64,000 nt of DNA from Bacilli bacterium (GTDB taxonomy: Bacteria > Bacillota_I > Bacilli_A > RFN20 > CAG-826). This document shows, in pieces, positions 49,941-60,518 of this stretch. How positions within the stretch are numbered: the stretch's first letter is position 1; each line of letters opens with the position of its first letter. The notes under the pieces are model-generated. The model was given only the letters and a program-made list of their open reading frames with translations, was not told where the DNA came from and did not search any database. The position numbers and the translations under genes were made by a program. The stretch spans positions 256,001 to 320,000 of the forward strand of contig JAZLKX010000025.1 in the NCBI GenBank assembly GCA_045597865.1, written 5' to 3'.

Positions 49941-50804
49941 ATGAGAGTTACTGTTTTAGAACCTTCAGGTTACTGTGCAGGCGTTGATCTTGCTATAAAC
50001 TTAGCAATCAAAACAAAAGAAGAAAACAAGTCAAAAAACGTTGTTGTTTTAGGTATGCTTGTCCATAACCAAGACTCCTTAAAAACTCTCGAAAAACACG
50101 GAATAAAGACCATTTATAAAGAAAATTCGTCTTTAGACGAACTGATTGATGAAATTAAAGAACCTTCAATAGTCATTTTGACTGCTCATGGTCACTCTAA
50201 AAGTATTGAAAATAAACTTCTAAAAAACGGCCACCAAATCGTAGATACAACCTGCCCATTTGTTAAAAAATCAATGGAAGAAATTTCTAATGAATTAGCT
50301 AACAACAACTCTGTTTTCTATATTGGTGTTAAAAACCATCCTGAAGCAAACGCGGCACTTTCATTAGGGGAAAAAGTTTATTTAATCGACTTTAAAAGTC
50401 CGATTATTCCTTTAGTAAATTCCGATTCACCTTTGGTGATTTGTCAAACAACACTCTCAGAATCTGAAATTAGCGGAGCAATTTCTCTCATAAAAAATAA
50501 ATACAAAAATGCTAAATTTATTAAAGGAATTTGCAATGCCTCAACCCTTAGACAAACTGCTATCTTATCATTAGATAACACTGTTGATATGATTTATGTT
50601 GTTGGTGGAGCTAATTCAAACAACTCAAAAACATTATTTAATTTAGCAAAGTCCCACTACCCAAATATCAAAGTTCAATTAATTCAAAATGTTGATGATA
50701 TAAAAGAAAAAGACCTTATAGGTCTTTCTCATATAGCAATTTCTTCAGGAGCATCAACTCCAAAGGAAATTATTGAACAAATCAAAAATAAATTACTTAA
50801 TTAA
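49941..50804 (+). CDS. ispH: HMBPP reductase IspH
   Basis: GYCAGV, VHN, AHG, DTTCP, HPE, GASTP. Confidence 0.93.
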   Translation: MRVTVLEPSGYCAGVDLAINLAIKTKEENKSKNVVVLGMLVHNQDSLKTLEKHGIKTIYKENSSLDELIDEIKEPSIVILTAHGHSKSIENKLLKNGHQIVDTTCPFVKKSMEEISNELANNNSVFYIGVKNHPEANAALSLGEKVYLIDFKSPIIPLVNSDSPLVICQTTLSESEISGAISLIKNKYKNAKFIKGICNASTLRQTAILSLDNTVDMIYVVGGANSNNSKTLFNLAKSHYPNIKVQLIQNVDDIKEKDLIGLSHIAISSGASTPKEIIEQIKNKLLN

Positions 50805-51566
50805 TTCTGGAAGTTCTTCATGATCGACAATTTCAACATTTAATGTTGGATCGATACGTTGAAGAATTTTTTTCATAGTTGGCATAAAGATTCTTTCAAT
50901 TTCATGAGAACAATCCAAGAAATTATAATGATTAGAGATTACGTCCCTTCTTGCATGATGTGGAATGTCGCCCGAAATGTAAATATCATAGCCTTCTTTT
51001 TGAGCAAGTGGAAATTCTCTAGAACCACCGCCACCTATAATTGCAACACTCTTAATTGTCTTTGTGCCAGCAGAAATCAAGTGGGAATAGCTTAATCCTA
51101 AGCATTTATTTGCATACAATGCAAACTCATGGATTTCCATTGGCTCTCTCAACTCTCCACCGCGCGCCATTGCACATTTTTCAAGTGGACGAATATTTTT
51201 AAGTTTTAAGGCATTTGCCAATGCGTCATTCATACCACCTTTTCCTGTATCAAAGTTTGTGTGCATTGAATAAACAGGAACGCCTAATTTGTCAATTTCC
51301 TCACAAACAAAACGTTTTGCATCATTATGCATTAAAACTTTCTTTCTTGGACCATAAATAAATGGGTGATGAGTTAAAATAACATCAGGTTTTTTATCCA
51401 TTTTCTTAACAAAGTTAAGAACTGTTTCGTCAAAATCTAAACAAAGTAAAATCGACTTAATGTCATCTGGGAGTCTTCCGGTCATTAAACCGACTCTATC
51501 TCCGCGGCTTTTAATTGTTTTAGGAAATTGTTTAGATAATTTTCTAAAAAGTTTAATTTTGTCCAT
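50793..51566 (-). CDS. Nif3-like dinuclear metal centre protein
   Basis: THHPFIY, HTNFD..GGMNDALA, GDIPHH. Confidence 0.9.
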   Translation of the reverse strand: MDKIKLFRKLSKQFPKTIKSRGDRVGLMTGRLPDDIKSILLCLDFDETVLNFVKKMDKKPDVILTHHPFIYGPRKKVLMHNDAKRFVCEEIDKLGVPVYSMHTNFDTGKGGMNDALANALKLKNIRPLEKCAMARGGELREPMEIHEFALYANKCLGLSYSHLISAGTKTIKSVAIIGGGGSREFPLAQKEGYDIYISGDIPHHARRDVISNHYNFLDCSHEIERIFMPTMKKILQRIDPTLNVEIVDHEELPELIK

Positions 51567-52218
51567 AAGATTCAAATCTCCTTATTTCTTCATCAATTAA
51601 CTTAGAATCTTCAAAATGTTTTTTGCTTTTCATAAGATTTTTCTTAATTGTCAAAAGCTTAGAAATTGTTCGTTTTTTATAACCTTCAAATAAAGGATCT
51701 AAAAACAAATTATAGCCATATTCAATTTGTTCGGATGTATAATTTATCTTATTCTCATTTCTTATAAAAGAAATGATATTATAATAATGATTTCTCTCAA
51801 ACACTAATTTTTCGCATTCAATATTAAATCCGAAACCAATGATAGCTTCTCTTACTTTTGGAATAAATGAGTGAGCATCAACAATTATTTTTTTAACATT
51901 TTTTAATTTGTTTTTATTTCTTGAAATAATTTCAATAATTGTATCTCCGCCCATTCCAGCTAAAACGATTGTATCGTATTCAGAAGTGACTTGATTTAAA
52001 CCATCACTATGAGAAACATCAACATTTTTCAAACAACAAACTGCAGAACGTAAAGCAGACAATGGCCCCTCTTTATTTTCAACAGCTAAAATATGATAGT
52101 TCTCTAAATGAAGAACAAAGTATTGCTCTAAAAGACCATGATCGGCTCCAATATCTGCGATATATGAACCATCAGGTATCAAATCTCCAATTACTTGTAA
52201 TCGTTTTGGAATTTGCAT
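51553..52218 (-). CDS. trmK: tRNA (adenine22-N1)-methyltransferase
   Basis: ADIGADHG, GP, SDGL, AGMGG; follows sigA. Confidence 0.9.
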   Translation of the reverse strand: MQIPKRLQVIGDLIPDGSYIADIGADHGLLEQYFVLHLENYHILAVENKEGPLSALRSAVCCLKNVDVSHSDGLNQVTSEYDTIVLAGMGGDTIIEIISRNKNKLKNVKKIIVDAHSFIPKVREAIIGFGFNIECEKLVFERNHYYNIISFIRNENKINYTSEQIEYGYNLFLDPLFEGYKKRTISKLLTIKKNLMKSKKHFEDSKLIDEEIRRFESYGQN

Positions 52219-53561
52219 TAGTTTTTAACTTCTCTATAGTCACCTAAACGAGAAACACGTTTACGTGATCTTAATTTTTTAATAGCTTTTGCTTCAATTT
52301 GACGAATACGTTCACGAGTAACACCAAATTCTTTACCAACTTCTTCAAGTGTTCTTGGGTGATTATCAAGTAATCCGTAACGGAGTTCAAGAACTCTAGC
52401 TTCACGATCTGTTAACTCTTTCATAACATCATAAAGTTCATCTTTAAGAAGTGATTTTGTAGTATATTCACTTGGTGATTCAACTTCCTTATCTTCAAGG
52501 AAATCGCCTAAGTGTGAATCATCCTCTTCACCAATAGGAGTCTCTAAAGAGACTGGTTCTTGGTTAATACGTTGAATTTCTCTAATACGAGCAGCACTTA
52601 AAGATCCTTCTAACTTATCGGAAATTTCTTCTGCAGTTGGATCTCTGCCTAACTCTTGGACAAGTTGACGTTGTGCTCTTGTAATTTTATTAATTGTTTC
52701 AACCATGTGAACTGGAATACGGATTGTACGAGCTTGGTCTGCGATTGCACGTGTGATTGCTTGTCTAATCCACCATGTTGCATAAGTTGAAAACTTAAAT
52801 CCTTTTGTATAATCGAATTTTTCAACAGCTTTAATTAAGCCCATGTTACCTTCTTGAATTAAATCAAGGAATGGCATGCCGCGGCCTGCATAACGTTTTG
52901 CAATAGAAATAACTAAACGTAAGTTTGCATTAATTAAATCTTGTTTTGCATCGTCATCGCCAGCAACAATACGCTTTGCTAGTTCAATTTCTTGTTGAGC
53001 ATTTAAAAGAGGAACTTTTCCGATTTCTTTAAGATAAATCTTAACAGAGTCATTAACTTTGACATCACCAACAACTAATTTGGAAATATCTTGAAGTTCT
53101 TTTTCATCAGGAACATCGCCCTCATCAAGATCCATAGCTGCTTCGTCTTCATCAAATTCTAGTTCTTCTAAACCTTCCTCATCAGAATCGGAAATAACAT
53201 TAATTTTATTGGATCTAAAAAATTCGATAAGACCAGCAACATCTTCATCAGATAAATCTAAAAATGAAACTGCTTCATCAATTTCGGCTTGTTCAATTTC
53301 GCCACCATCAGCTTTCGCTTTTTTAAGTAAGCGTTTCTTAATGGAGTCTAAAGACTCGACTGCTTCATCACCATCAATTTCATCAATATCATCTTTTGCT
53401 TTTGAAACTTTCTTTGTTGGTTTCTTTGCAGCTGGTTTTTCTTTCTTAGCGGCTGGTTTAACTGCTTTTGCTGCAGGTTTAGCGGCCTTTGCAACTTTTT
53501 TAGCAGCTGGTTTTGCTGCTTTTGGAGCCTTCTTTTCCTTCTTTTCTACTTCCTTAGCCAT
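52218..53561 (-). CDS. sigA: primary sigma factor SigA/RpoD with Lys/Ala/Pro-rich N-terminus
   Basis: [39 protein letters not shown]. Confidence 0.98.
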   Translation of the reverse strand: MAKEVEKKEKKAPKAAKPAAKKVAKAAKPAAKAVKPAAKKEKPAAKKPTKKVSKAKDDIDEIDGDEAVESLDSIKKRLLKKAKADGGEIEQAEIDEAVSFLDLSDEDVAGLIEFFRSNKINVISDSDEEGLEELEFDEDEAAMDLDEGDVPDEKELQDISKLVVGDVKVNDSVKIYLKEIGKVPLLNAQQEIELAKRIVAGDDDAKQDLINANLRLVISIAKRYAGRGMPFLDLIQEGNMGLIKAVEKFDYTKGFKFSTYATWWIRQAITRAIADQARTIRIPVHMVETINKITRAQRQLVQELGRDPTAEEISDKLEGSLSAARIREIQRINQEPVSLETPIGEEDDSHLGDFLEDKEVESPSEYTTKSLLKDELYDVMKELTDREARVLELRYGLLDNHPRTLEEVGKEFGVTRERIRQIEAKAIKKLRSRKRVSRLGDYREVKN

Positions 53562-53588
53562 TTAATCGTCCTCCTTCAATTTGACGTC

Positions 53589-55397
53589 TTAATTGTTCTT
53601 TTTCTTTGAAAGATAGTCCGCAATAATTTTTGCTCTTTCTTCAGGAGTTAATCCTTCAAGAGCATCGCTGACTTTCTTTTTCTCGTATAAACGAGTTCTT
53701 TCTTCATTTATTACTTTAGAGATCTCCTCTAAAGAATTTTTCGATAATTTAACTTTGCTTTCATTGCTTGTAATGGCACTAACAGTGGAAATAACCTTCT
53801 CTTTATTTTTAACTTCACTTAGTTCCATTTCAGTAATTAAAGAACTTGGATCAATTTCACCATTTGTTTTAACTTGTTCAATCAAGAAATTTGCAATCGA
53901 ACGATAAATTTCATCAGTGAAATATTTAATGTTTGTTTCATAAAAAGCAATTGCTTCTTTTGATTCAAACATCATGTCGAGCATTGTTCTTTCAGCAAGA
54001 GTTAGTCTTCTAACATCTTTTGAAACTGACTTTAAGTCAGTTGTAGAACCAAAATCAGCATTAACATTTAATACTGAATCATTATTGCTACCACGTTTTG
54101 ACATAAAGTCACGCAAATAATTGTTTATTGCGCCACTTGAGAATCCAGTTGCATCAGCGAGTTTGTAAATATAATCATCGCGAACGAGTTTTTCTCTTAT
54201 AGATGCAATCATTGGCATAAAGTGTTTAATTACTTTCTTCTTGTCATCAATTGTTCCTAATGGAGATGTGTTTTTGTAATAATTTAATGCGAATTGGAAT
54301 GGATCCACTAAGGTGTTTACAAATTTTTGAAGCGTTTCTTCACCATCTTGTTTTAAGATTTCATCAGGATCACGAATTTCTCCTGGAAGCGAAACTAAAC
54401 GATATGGAAGATGAGCCTCATCAAGTTGAGACATAAGTTTCATCATTGCTGTTTGTCCTGGTTTATCACCATCAAGACAAACTCTAACTTCAACTCCAAG
54501 TCTTCTAATTAATTCAATATGTTGTTTTGTAAGTTTTGTAGACATCAATGCTACACAAGATGTAATTCCAATGGAATCAAGTGCAAAAACATCCATAAAA
54601 CCTTCAACTACATAAATGTAGCCATCATGTTTTGCAGTTTGTTTTGCTTGCCAGTAATTATATAAAATATTACCTTTGGTAAAAATTACAGTTTCTGGCG
54701 AATTTACATACTTTGGTGCGTCAGGATCTTCTACAATTTTACGGGCTGAGAAACCACATACTTGACCATTTGCATCTTTGATTGGGAAGATTAATCTTCC
54801 TTGGTTGTTATCACACATTCCTGAGGTTTGTGCTAGAGCAATACCTGTGTTCTCAATATTCTTTAAAGAGAAGCCTTTTGCTTTCAAATATTCAATGGTC
54901 ATCTTTCCATCTTTTAAGGCATAGCCTAAACCAAATTTCTTTGCTTGTGCATCAGAAAGATGACGTTTTGCAAGATAATCTCTAGCGACTTGTCCTTCTT
55001 CTGTTGCTAAAGCATAGACGTAATATTTTTGAAGCTCATTAATGCAGTTATAAACTGGAATTAAATTTTCATCAACCTTTGGTTGATATGTTTGCTTGTG
55101 AAGTCTTGGGTCATCGAACCCAATAATGTCACAAACTTTTAAAATTGCATCGTTAAAACTGCATTTTTCATATTCTTTTACAAACTCAATTACATCACCG
55201 CCGGTTTGGCAAACGAAACAATGGAAAGTTTGTTTATCTTTGCTGATTTGCATTGATGGATCGTGGTCATCGTGAAAAGGACAAACAGCCACATAGCCTT
55301 TGCCTTTCTTTTGAACACTCGGAAGATAATATGAAATAACGTCGACTATGTCGGCACGTTGTTTTATTTCCTTAATTAAATCTGCATCAAATGCCAT
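53589..55397 (-). CDS. dnaG: DNA primase
   Basis: CPFHDD..PS Zn finger, KYVNSPET, VEGFMD, DGDKPG. Confidence 0.97.
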   Translation of the reverse strand: MAFDADLIKEIKQRADIVDVISYYLPSVQKKGKGYVAVCPFHDDHDPSMQISKDKQTFHCFVCQTGGDVIEFVKEYEKCSFNDAILKVCDIIGFDDPRLHKQTYQPKVDENLIPVYNCINELQKYYVYALATEEGQVARDYLAKRHLSDAQAKKFGLGYALKDGKMTIEYLKAKGFSLKNIENTGIALAQTSGMCDNNQGRLIFPIKDANGQVCGFSARKIVEDPDAPKYVNSPETVIFTKGNILYNYWQAKQTAKHDGYIYVVEGFMDVFALDSIGITSCVALMSTKLTKQHIELIRRLGVEVRVCLDGDKPGQTAMMKLMSQLDEAHLPYRLVSLPGEIRDPDEILKQDGEETLQKFVNTLVDPFQFALNYYKNTSPLGTIDDKKKVIKHFMPMIASIREKLVRDDYIYKLADATGFSSGAINNYLRDFMSKRGSNNDSVLNVNADFGSTTDLKSVSKDVRRLTLAERTMLDMMFESKEAIAFYETNIKYFTDEIYRSIANFLIEQVKTNGEIDPSSLITEMELSEVKNKEKVISTVSAITSNESKVKLSKNSLEEISKVINEERTRLYEKKKVSDALEGLTPEERAKIIADYLSKKKNN

Positions 55398-55406
55398 ATA
55401 ACAAAG

Positions 55407-56777
55407 TTATTCCTCTAATTGTTTTTCTAAGTAAGCACGAACTTCACTAATTGGAAGTCTGATTTGTTCCATTGTGTCTCTATTACGAATTGTGACGCTC
55501 TTATCATTTGGAGTATCAAAGTCAACTGTAATACAAAATGGAGTTCCGATAGCGTCTTGTCTACGATATCTCTTACCAATTGAGGCAGTTTCATCATAGG
55601 AAACACTAAAGTGTTTTGCTAAATCGAGTTGTAATTCTCTTGCGAATTCTCTTTGCTCTTTAGAGAGTGGTAAAACTGTTGCTAAATATGGAGCAAGTTT
55701 TGGAGCAAAATGCATTACAATTCTGCTATCGTTTTCTAATTGTTCAACATCGTATGCTTCGCATGCAACCATTAGGAAGATACGATCAACACCCATAGAT
55801 GGTTCGATACAATATGGGATGTATTTTTCGTTTGTCTCTGGATCAAGGTATTCAAGTGATTGCTTTGAAGCATCCATATGACGTTTAAGGTCATAGTCAG
55901 TTCTATCAGCAACACCTAAAATTTCACCCCATCCAATTCCTGGGAATAAGTACTCAACGTCACATGTTCCTTTGGAATAGAATGCTAATTCTTCTGGTTC
56001 GTGGTCTCTATAACGTAAATTCTTTTCACCAATTCCGAGTGATTCAAGGAATTTTAAGCTATAATCTTTCCAGTATTTGAACCATTCAAGGTCTGTTCCT
56101 GGTTTACAGAAGAATTCACATTCCATTTGTTCGAATTCACGAACACGGAAGATAAAGTTACCTGGTGTAATTTCATTACGGAAGGATTTTCCGATAGCGC
56201 AAATACCAAATGGTATTTTCTTTCTGCTTGAACGCTGAACGTTCTTAAAGTTAACGAACATACCTTGGGCTGTTTCTGGACGTAAGTAAACTAAAGATTC
56301 ACTTGCTTCAGTAACACCAATGTGTGTTCTAAACATCATGTTAAATTGTCTAATGTCTGTGAAATCTGATTTACCACAAACTGGACATTTAACTTTGTTA
56401 TCTCTGATAAATTCCATCATTTGTTCTTGGGTCATACCATGAACATCAACATCTGGGAATTGTTCTTCAATTAAATTGTCAGCTCTATGTCTTGCGTGAC
56501 ATGACTTGCAGTCAATTAATGGATCTGAGAAAGTTGCAACGTGTCCTGTTGCTTTCCAAACTCCTGGATTCATTAAAATAGCAGCATCAATACCAACATT
56601 TGTTGGAGATTCTTGAACGAATTTCTTCCAATAAGCTTTCTTAATGTTGTTTTTCAATTCAACACCTAATGGACCGTAGTCCCATGAGTTAGATAGTCCA
56701 CCATAGATTTCTGAATCTGGGTAAACAAATCCACTTGTGATTAAGTGATTCACTATTTCATCAAATTTCTTTTCCAT
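55407..56777 (-). CDS. glyQS: glycine--tRNA ligase, homodimeric (alpha2) type
   Basis: WDYGPLG, LRPETAQG, FRNEITP, IEPSMG, IGKRYRRQD. Confidence 0.96.
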   Translation of the reverse strand: MEKKFDEIVNHLITSGFVYPDSEIYGGLSNSWDYGPLGVELKNNIKKAYWKKFVQESPTNVGIDAAILMNPGVWKATGHVATFSDPLIDCKSCHARHRADNLIEEQFPDVDVHGMTQEQMMEFIRDNKVKCPVCGKSDFTDIRQFNMMFRTHIGVTEASESLVYLRPETAQGMFVNFKNVQRSSRKKIPFGICAIGKSFRNEITPGNFIFRVREFEQMECEFFCKPGTDLEWFKYWKDYSLKFLESLGIGEKNLRYRDHEPEELAFYSKGTCDVEYLFPGIGWGEILGVADRTDYDLKRHMDASKQSLEYLDPETNEKYIPYCIEPSMGVDRIFLMVACEAYDVEQLENDSRIVMHFAPKLAPYLATVLPLSKEQREFARELQLDLAKHFSVSYDETASIGKRYRRQDAIGTPFCITVDFDTPNDKSVTIRNRDTMEQIRLPISEVRAYLEKQLEE

Positions 56778-56859
56778 ATATTATGAACCTCATTTAAAAA
56801 TGATAGCGATAAATATCTACCTTTTCAACTAAATTGTCAACCTATTTTAAGTGTACTTC

Positions 56860-57576
56860 TTAAATTTGGCTTAACAAAGTTAAAGATTTAAATCTAATTT
56901 GAGATGTCCAATCAAGGAAATCAGCTAATTCGAAAATTATATTTTTTATTTCTTCTTTACCAAAGGTAACTCTTGTAAAATTATCTAAATCTACTTTAAA
57001 GATATAACGCATTATTTTAAGCTTTCTGACATCAGTTTTTGTGTGTTTAGATTCATCAAAACAATTTTCACAAATAAATCCGCCGTCTTTATAAGAAAGC
57101 GATATTATTGATGAAGTTTTTCCACAAACGGCACATTTATCAACGTTTAAACCATAACCCGCAACAACCAAAACATGAGCAAAATAGATTGCGAGAGCTG
57201 TCCAAGCATCAAAACCGCCATTCAAACTTTCAAGAGTTTTGCTTAAATAATCATAAATATTTTCAGCGTCATTTGATTCAAGCAAAGTATTAGTTAATTC
57301 TGACACAAAATCTAGAATTGCAAGTTTTTCTAAATCGCCACTAATATTTGGAAATGAGTCAATAACTTCACCCACTCTAAGCCAGTCTCCTTCTTTGCCA
57401 TGAAAGACCTGTAATCTAGACTTTGTGAATAAATTCACACTTGGAGCATTTTTGGAGGTCATTTTTAAAACACCTTTTGCCAAAAACGAACGTATTCCGT
57501 CTTTAGTTAAAACAGTTATCATTGCTGCACCTTCTTTAAAAGTTGTGCGTTTAATAACTATGCCTTCAAATTCCAT
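56860..57576 (-). CDS. recO: DNA repair protein RecO
   Basis: N-terminal OB fold; CAVCG...GGFICENC Zn site; era-recO synteny. Confidence 0.9.
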   Translation of the reverse strand: MEFEGIVIKRTTFKEGAAMITVLTKDGIRSFLAKGVLKMTSKNAPSVNLFTKSRLQVFHGKEGDWLRVGEVIDSFPNISGDLEKLAILDFVSELTNTLLESNDAENIYDYLSKTLESLNGGFDAWTALAIYFAHVLVVAGYGLNVDKCAVCGKTSSIISLSYKDGGFICENCFDESKHTKTDVRKLKIMRYIFKVDLDNFTRVTFGKEEIKNIIFELADFLDWTSQIRFKSLTLLSQI

Positions 57577-58448
57577 TATTTGTAGCCTAATTCTTTTAAA
57601 ATTCTTGGATTATTCAACCAGTCTTCTTTAACTGAGACAAATAACTCAAGGAAAATTCTCTTATTATAGTATTCTTCAAGATCGGTTCTAGCTTTCATGC
57701 CGATAGCTTTAATGCGTTTTCCGCCTTTGCCAATAACAATGCCTTTGTGTGATTCTTTATCTACGATAATAGTAGCGCGAATATAAACTGCTTCGCTCTT
57801 TGATTTTATTTCATCAACACGAACTGCTAAATCGTGAGGCACTTCGTCCTTTAGAAGCTTTAATAACTTCTCGCGAATTACTTCGCTAATCATAAAGTTA
57901 GAATCTTTATCTGTAACTTGGTCTTCGGCAAAGTATCTTGGGCCTTCTTGAATGACTTCCTTAACTTTGTTAAGAAGAGTATCAATACCAAAGTTTTCAA
58001 TTGCTGATGCTTCAATAAGTTCAGCGTGAGGATAAGCTTCTTGATACTTAGCTTTAATTGCTTGCACTTCATTAATTCTCTTCAAGTCAATTTTATTGAT
58101 GACAATGAATAAAGGAATGTTTTTAGGAAGAGATTCATTAATGAATTCATCTCCAGCATCAAATTTTCTAGAGGCATCCACCACTAAAATATTTGCATCA
58201 ACATCTTTTGCACTATCAAGAGCTTCTTTATTCATAAAGTTGCCAAGTTCATGGTTTGCTTTATGAATTCCTGGAGTATCAATAAAGATAATTTGATATT
58301 CTCCATCATCGTAAATTCCTTTAATGGAATTACGTGTTGTTTGAGCCTTTTCAGTGACAATTGAAAGCTTACGCTCTAAAAGAGCGTTAATAATTGTAGA
58401 CTTACCTGCATTTGGTCTACCAACAATTGACACGAATCCGCTTTTCAT
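57576..58448 (-). CDS. era: GTPase Era
   Basis: GRPNAGKST, QTTR, DTPG, NKID, KH domain. Confidence 0.98.
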   Translation of the reverse strand: MKSGFVSIVGRPNAGKSTIINALLERKLSIVTEKAQTTRNSIKGIYDDGEYQIIFIDTPGIHKANHELGNFMNKEALDSAKDVDANILVVDASRKFDAGDEFINESLPKNIPLFIVINKIDLKRINEVQAIKAKYQEAYPHAELIEASAIENFGIDTLLNKVKEVIQEGPRYFAEDQVTDKDSNFMISEVIREKLLKLLKDEVPHDLAVRVDEIKSKSEAVYIRATIIVDKESHKGIVIGKGGKRIKAIGMKARTDLEEYYNKRIFLELFVSVKEDWLNNPRILKELGYK

Positions 58449-58849
58449 TATTTTAAATCGTCTGCTGAGAATGCAAATGGAAGAAGCTCAACAATGTTGG
58501 TTTCTTGAACTGCACCCTTTAAGTTTGCCATGTAAATAGGAGCATCTTTTGGGAAAAGTTCACTAATGACTTGTCTGCAAGCTCCGCATGGTGAACACGG
58601 TTCATCTGTATCAGCAATTAATGCTAATGCCACCATATCTTCTTTCTTAACGCCATTCATTTTTGCATTATAAAGTGCATTTCTTTCAGCACACATGCAA
58701 AGTGGGTATGAAGAATTTTCGACATTTGCGCCAAGATAAACTTTTCCGTCTTTACATAGTAAAGCTGCACCAACTGCAAAGTGTGAGTATGGTGAGTAAG
58801 AAAGTTTTCTAGCTTCTTTTGCTTTTTCAATAAGTTCTTCTGGTTTCAT
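58448..58849 (-). CDS. cdd: cytidine deaminase
   Basis: YSPYS, CAERNA, PCGACRQ. Confidence 0.97.
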   Translation of the reverse strand: MKPEELIEKAKEARKLSYSPYSHFAVGAALLCKDGKVYLGANVENSSYPLCMCAERNALYNAKMNGVKKEDMVALALIADTDEPCSPCGACRQVISELFPKDAPIYMANLKGAVQETNIVELLPFAFSADDLK

Positions 58850-59295
58850 TATTTGAGTCCTCCCAAAATTTCATCCTGTAATTTAAACATTACAATTTCA
58901 TCTTCTTTTTTCATGTGATCATAACCGAGTAAATGAAGCATGCCGTGTGTAAATAAGAACGACATTTCTCTTAAAAGAGAATGCCCATATTCTTTTGCTT
59001 GCTCCTCGGCTTTTTCAAACGAAATGATGATTTCACCCAAAGAAATTGGTCCGCCTTTAAGCTTTTTCTCTGATTCTTCATCTTGGAAAGCAAAGCTTAT
59101 GACGTCAGTTGGTCGATCTACAAATCGATAATATTTGTTGATTACATGAATATCTGCATTGTTCATAATTGTAACATCAGTCATGTATTCGCCTTTTAGA
59201 CCAAGATGCTTAAAGATTTTAACGTACAATTCGTTAAATACTTTCTCGTAAGAATCAAATTCTTTTGGTCCGTGATTTGTAAATTCCAATACCAT
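58849..59295 (-). CDS. ybeY: rRNA maturation endoribonuclease YbeY
   Basis: PTDVISF, HGMLHLLGYDH. Confidence 0.97.
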   Translation of the reverse strand: MVLEFTNHGPKEFDSYEKVFNELYVKIFKHLGLKGEYMTDVTIMNNADIHVINKYYRFVDRPTDVISFAFQDEESEKKLKGGPISLGEIIISFEKAEEQAKEYGHSLLREMSFLFTHGMLHLLGYDHMKKEDEIVMFKLQDEILGGLK

Positions 59296-59338
59296 AATTC
59301 TTGGGAAAGTATTATAACATACTTTATTGTTAATTCAT

Positions 59339-60511
59339 CTATAAATTACATTTATCAAAGAAGACGCACTCGGATTTATACATTTCTTTCCTGTTGGAAA
59401 GACCCTCAATTAATTGTGAATAAGAACTGAAACCAACGTAATAGAGTCCGAAGTGGAATATTACGTAATTACAGCCGCTTGCGCCAGTTAAAAACATCAT
59501 CGTTAAAGCAAACGCAAATGCAAGTACAATATAAACAATTTGTTTTAACTTATTTGTAATTGCTGTTTCATTTGCAAGGCTATTTGCTTTATAAGCATAA
59601 TCAGCGCACATCTCTTTAGTTTCAAAACATTTTTCTTCGTATCTACCAATTTTATAACGTTTATCCTCAAACGATTTTGAAAATAAAGTCATTTCTAATA
59701 TTTTGACAAGAACTAGAGCAATTAAAGCAAACACATTTCTAAAATCATTTAAGCAAAGCAAAAATGTAATCATAAAAGCAACTAAAACTGAGCTTAATAA
59801 ACTACGAGAAGTTGAGAAATAATTTTGCTTAAAACCGATGTATTCCAAATAGCTTAATTTTGTTTGATTTGAACGCCTTGAAAAATATGGGTCAATATAT
59901 TCATTATCAAAGAAATTTATTTCTTTGTTAATTATAATATTCTCTATAATTTGAGTGCCCATAAATAAGAACAAAAATAGCAACGAAAAAATGGCATTTT
60001 CTTGATTGTTTAGTAAGTAAAAAGTTGCTATTAAAATTGCAGAAGAAAACACGGAAGTAATGGTTTCTAATACTTTTAGTTTTGTAGGCAAAATTGAACG
60101 ACGAATTTTGCTAATTTCACCCATGCAATCAGTTGAATCTACTTCTATTATGATTCTTGTCCAAATCGCGAAAAATTCATCTTTCTTTAATTTAGTTACT
60201 CCAAATTCTGGATCAAGAAAAACAATTCTTTTCTTAGTAACTTTCTTAATCATTACGACGTGATTCCCACGTATTAGTGTTAAAGATGGTGTTTTTAGTT
60301 GATCATAATAATCATCTTCACAACTGTAGGACGATAGTTTCAATCCATGCAAAGCAGCTTCTTTACAAATATCATCTACTGTAAAAGCTCCTTTTCTTTT
60401 AATCTTCTTTACATATAAATAGGATTTGTCCTTACTTAGATGCGCCATCAACATCTTTAAACTGGTAAAGCCACAATCATGGTCATTACCTTGGAAAATA
60501 AAATATTTCAT
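59339..60511 (-). CDS. C39 peptidase fused to a membrane domain, without ABC ATPase domain
   Basis: QGNDHDCG (Q..C), NHVV (H), FLDP (D) triad; about 5-6 TM helices; no Walker A/B. Confidence 0.82.
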   Translation of the reverse strand: MKYFIFQGNDHDCGFTSLKMLMAHLSKDKSYLYVKKIKRKGAFTVDDICKEAALHGLKLSSYSCEDDYYDQLKTPSLTLIRGNHVVMIKKVTKKRIVFLDPEFGVTKLKKDEFFAIWTRIIIEVDSTDCMGEISKIRRSILPTKLKVLETITSVFSSAILIATFYLLNNQENAIFSLLFLFLFMGTQIIENIIINKEINFFDNEYIDPYFSRRSNQTKLSYLEYIGFKQNYFSTSRSLLSSVLVAFMITFLLCLNDFRNVFALIALVLVKILEMTLFSKSFEDKRYKIGRYEEKCFETKEMCADYAYKANSLANETAITNKLKQIVYIVLAFAFALTMMFLTGASGCNYVIFHFGLYYVGFSSYSQLIEGLSNRKEMYKSECVFFDKCNL

Positions 60512-60518
60512 TAAAAAA

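Noticed and set aside
49941-50804. ispH, ispG and plsY oriented against their neighbours as signs of inversion or insertion
   Set aside because: The opposite orientation of ispH and plsY matches the arrangement known in B. subtilis, and there are no flanking repeats around ispG.
53209-53565. 118-aa Ala/Phe-rich plus-strand ORF, and other short antisense or alternate-frame ORFs in the track
   Set aside because: Shadows of real genes (here the sigA low-complexity repeat); no RBS or recognisable motifs.
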